Assembly (NCBI GenBank): GCA_964291495.2
Contig: OZ219868.1
Span: 80,743-144,742, forward strand
Origin: Dehalococcoidia bacterium
GTDB taxonomy: Bacteria > Chloroflexota > Dehalococcoidia > UBA2979
DNA: 64,000 bases
Direction: 5' to 3'
Shown: positions 61,734 to 64,000 of the stretch, in pieces
Numbering within the stretch: position 1 is the stretch's first letter
Layout: the number at the start of each line of letters is the position of its first letter
Notes under the pieces: generated by a model
Databases searched by the model: none
Seen by the model: only the letters and a program-made list of their open reading frames with translations
Told to the model about the DNA's origin: nothing
Program-made: the position numbers and the translations under genes

Positions 61734-62762
61734 TTGCTGACAAGGTACAAGCTGTTCGCCCTCACCATGATCTCCATGCTGGTCCTCGCGCTCGCGGCGG
61801 CCTGCGAGGACGATGGCGATGGCGACAAGCAGACGCTCGTCTTCAGTGACCTGAACTGGACCAGCGCTCAGGTCCAGAACCGCATCGCCCAGTACATCGT
61901 CGAGCTGGGCTATGAATACCCGACCGACGTCGTGCTGGGAGCCACGCTGCCCCTGTTCCAGGGCCTGCGTGCCGGCGACACGCACATCACGATGGAGATC
62001 TGGCTCCCGAACCAGGACGAGGCCTGGAACGAAGCACAGGCCAACGGCGAGGTCGTCTCGCTCGGACAGAGCCTCGGCAAGGACTGGCAGTCCTCCTTCG
62101 TGATCCCGGCGTACCTGCAGGAGCAGTACCCGGATCTCGACAGCGTCGAGGACCTCAAGGACCCGCAGTTCAAGGAGCTGTTCGTCTCCGCCGAGAGCGG
62201 CGGCAAGGCGCGCCTCGTCTCCTGCGTGATCGGCTGGGCCTGTGAAGAGGTCAACGCCGCGCAGATCGAGGGCTACGGCCTCTCCGACCACGTCCACATC
62301 GTCAACCCCGGAGACGGCGCGGCGGGGAACGCCGACATCTACGGCGCGTACGAGAAGGGCGAGCCGTGGCTTGGCTACCAGTGGGGCACCAACGACCCCG
62401 CACTGGTGCTGGACCTCGTGCGGCTCGAAGAGCCCCCCTACAGCGACGAGTGCTGGTTCACGACCAAGGCTTGCGCCTACGAGGACGCGACGATCCTGAT
62501 CGCCGCGCACCCGGACGTCGTGACCAACGCTCCGGACGTTGTCGCGTTCCTGCGCAACTGGACCTTCGACATCGGCCAGTACAGCACCGTGGCCGCCTGG
62601 CTCCAAGACAACCCGGACGCCGACGCCAACGACGCCGCCCTCTGGTGGCTGAATGGCAACGAGGCCATCTGGAGCAGCTGGGTGACCGAGGACGCCGCCG
62701 ACGCCATCGCCAGTGCGCTCGAAGACGGCGAGACCCCGGACGGCTGGCCCGAGGAAGGCTAG
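61734..62762 (+). CDS. proX: Glycine betaine-type ABC substrate-binding lipoprotein
   Basis: TTG 61734 after AAAGGAG; lipobox LAAAC; DLNWTSA, MEIWLPN and CVIGWAC. Confidence 0.9.
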   Translation: MLTRYKLFALTMISMLVLALAAACEDDGDGDKQTLVFSDLNWTSAQVQNRIAQYIVELGYEYPTDVVLGATLPLFQGLRAGDTHITMEIWLPNQDEAWNEAQANGEVVSLGQSLGKDWQSSFVIPAYLQEQYPDLDSVEDLKDPQFKELFVSAESGGKARLVSCVIGWACEEVNAAQIEGYGLSDHVHIVNPGDGAAGNADIYGAYEKGEPWLGYQWGTNDPALVLDLVRLEEPPYSDECWFTTKACAYEDATILIAAHPDVVTNAPDVVAFLRNWTFDIGQYSTVAAWLQDNPDADANDAALWWLNGNEAIWSSWVTEDAADAIASALEDGETPDGWPEEG

Positions 62763-62794
62763 GCCGACCGGAGCAAACACGGAGTAGCCCGGAC

Positions 62795-62829
62795 CGCATG
62801 CGCCGCCTCACGATGAGGCGGCGCATGCG
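62795..62829. terminator. 16-bp perfect inverted repeat after proX (terminator or stabilising hairpin)
   Basis: CGCATGCGCCGCCTCA-CGA-TGAGGCGGCGCATGCG. Confidence 0.65.
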
Positions 62830-62850
62830 CGACCGGATCGGCAGGCGGGC

Positions 62851-63393
62851 GTGACCATGTCGGTCGCGCCCGTCTTCGCGTTCATCGATCTTGCCGTAGC
62901 AGCCCTGCTGCTCTACGCGGCCGTCGAGGCGTTTCGCTGCTCGAGGCTCCTGCACGCCCGCTACTGGCCGCTTGCGGCCGTAGGTCTCACCACCCTCGCC
63001 CTCGATGAACTGCTCGGCCTGCACGAAGCGATCGGCTGGGCGATCGCCTCGCTGGGCGCACCAGCGCCCTGGCACACCTCGCACTGGGACGATGTCGTCC
63101 TCGCGGGTTACGTCCTGCTCGCCGCGGCGATCTCGCTCGCGCACCTCGGCGAGCTGCGCCGCAGCCCTCGCGCCTTTGCCTTGCTGGCGCTCGGCTTCGG
63201 CCTTGCAACGTTGGCTGTGCTGCTCGACAACCTCGCGAGCGTCGTCGCCCTCGAGGAAACGCTGGAGCTGGGGAGCGCTGCACTGATCGCGGCCGGCCTT
63301 CGTGTCCGCCGTATCGAGGCGTCTGGAGAGCCCGGGGCACGGCTCACGACCCACGTGGGGCCGCGCGAGGGCGCCCGGGTCGTGCCGGGCTGA
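62851..63393 (+). CDS. Hypothetical membrane protein
   Basis: About 5 hydrophobic helices with intramembrane acidic/His motifs LDELLGLHE and LEETLE. Confidence 0.65.
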   Translation: MTMSVAPVFAFIDLAVAALLLYAAVEAFRCSRLLHARYWPLAAVGLTTLALDELLGLHEAIGWAIASLGAPAPWHTSHWDDVVLAGYVLLAAAISLAHLGELRRSPRAFALLALGFGLATLAVLLDNLASVVALEETLELGSAALIAAGLRVRRIEASGEPGARLTTHVGPREGARVVPG

Positions 63394-63430
63394 TCGGGCC
63401 CGATTCGGACCGTCGCGCTATCCTCGCGAC

Positions 63431-64000
63431 GTGCCTGGCAACGTCACACTCACCACGGACTTCGGCACACGCGACCCCTACGTCGCGCAGATCAAGGGCG
63501 TGCTGCTCGCGGGCTGCGAGGGCGTGCGCGTCCACGATCTGACGCACGAGATCGCGCCGCAGGATGTGCTCGAGGGCGCGCTGTTCCTCGCGGCTGCCGT
63601 GCCGACGTTCCCGCCAGGCACAATCCACATCGCCGTCGTCGATCCCGGCGTCGGCACGGACCGCCGCGCCATCGCCGCAAGCGTGGGCGGGCAGCACGTC
63701 GTATGCCCGGACAACGGTCTGCTCACGCTGCTCGCGAGGCGCACGGCCCTCGAGGAGGTCCACTCGATCGAGCGCGCCTCGCTGCGGCGGGAGCCGGTCA
63801 GTCCCACCTTCCACGGCCGCGACGTGTTCGCGCCCGCCGCAGCCTTCCTCGCCTGCGGCGGCGCGCTGGAGGAGCTCGGACCGCCGGTCGAGGACTGCGT
63901 CGAGCTCCCGCTGCCGCGCCCGCGCAACGAGAACGCGCGGCTCGTCGGCGAAGTGCTGCACGTCGACCGCTTCGGCAACGCGATCACCAACCTCGGGCGC
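63431..64000 (+). CDS. SAM hydroxide adenosyltransferase (DUF62; chlorinase/fluorinase superfamily), partial, runs off the right edge
   Basis: Not in the ORF track. GTG 63431 reads MPGNVTLTTDFGTRDPYVAQIKG...DLTHEI...HIAVVDPGVGTDRR...PDNGLL...SPTFHGRDVFAP...VDRFGNAITNL. Confidence 0.92.
   Translation, partial: MPGNVTLTTDFGTRDPYVAQIKGVLLAGCEGVRVHDLTHEIAPQDVLEGALFLAAAVPTFPPGTIHIAVVDPGVGTDRRAIAASVGGQHVVCPDNGLLTLLARRTALEEVHSIERASLRREPVSPTFHGRDVFAPAAAFLACGGALEELGPPVEDCVELPLPRPRNENARLVGEVLHVDRFGNAITNLGR

Noticed and set aside
63431-64000. Possible SAM-dependent halogenase (chlorinase/fluorinase), attractive in a marine symbiont
   Set aside because: The Asp (VVDPG), Arg (TDRR) and His (TFHGRD) residues typical of DUF62 SAM hydroxide adenosyltransferases are all present, so the common hydrolase is more likely.

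Overview
High-GC bacterial window, probably a monoderm Chloroflexota/Dehalococcoidia-like or actinobacterial-like lineage and plausibly host (sponge)-associated. This is inferred from the lipoprotein SBP, LLM/SDR/enoyl-CoA hydratase/CoA-transferase paralogues, a plant-type LRR+Fn3 surface protein and sterol-type enzymes. The left ~20 kb, bounded by the 3' end of tRNA-Gln, is an accessory region that reads as a sterol/lipid-tailoring system. It holds the 5' end of a sterol C24-methyltransferase-like gene (missed by the ORF track), two GOLPH3/GPP34-domain::cytochrome P450 fusions with non-canonical I-helices, a COG2907-like flavoprotein, a Neverland/KshA-like Rieske oxygenase, an MMPL/RND transporter and a third, canonical P450. 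Two convergent single-polypeptide GAF-PAS-HisKA-HATPase-REC-wHTH regulators follow, and two of the P450 genes share a ~97-bp conserved upstream module. The rest is mostly backbone: mscS, a Tat-exported LysM x4 glycosidase-like protein, a thioredoxin fusion plus a UGSC selenoprotein (in-frame UGA), LLM/SDR enzymes, a RibB fused to a degenerate GTP cyclohydrolase II, tRNA-Leu and tRNA-Gly, lhr-ku-ligD, two toxin-antitoxin pairs, a glycine-betaine-type ABC transporter and a partial DUF62 SAM hydroxide adenosyltransferase. No CRISPR array, rRNA, integrase or transposase was seen. All calls come from manual motif reading, without database searches.
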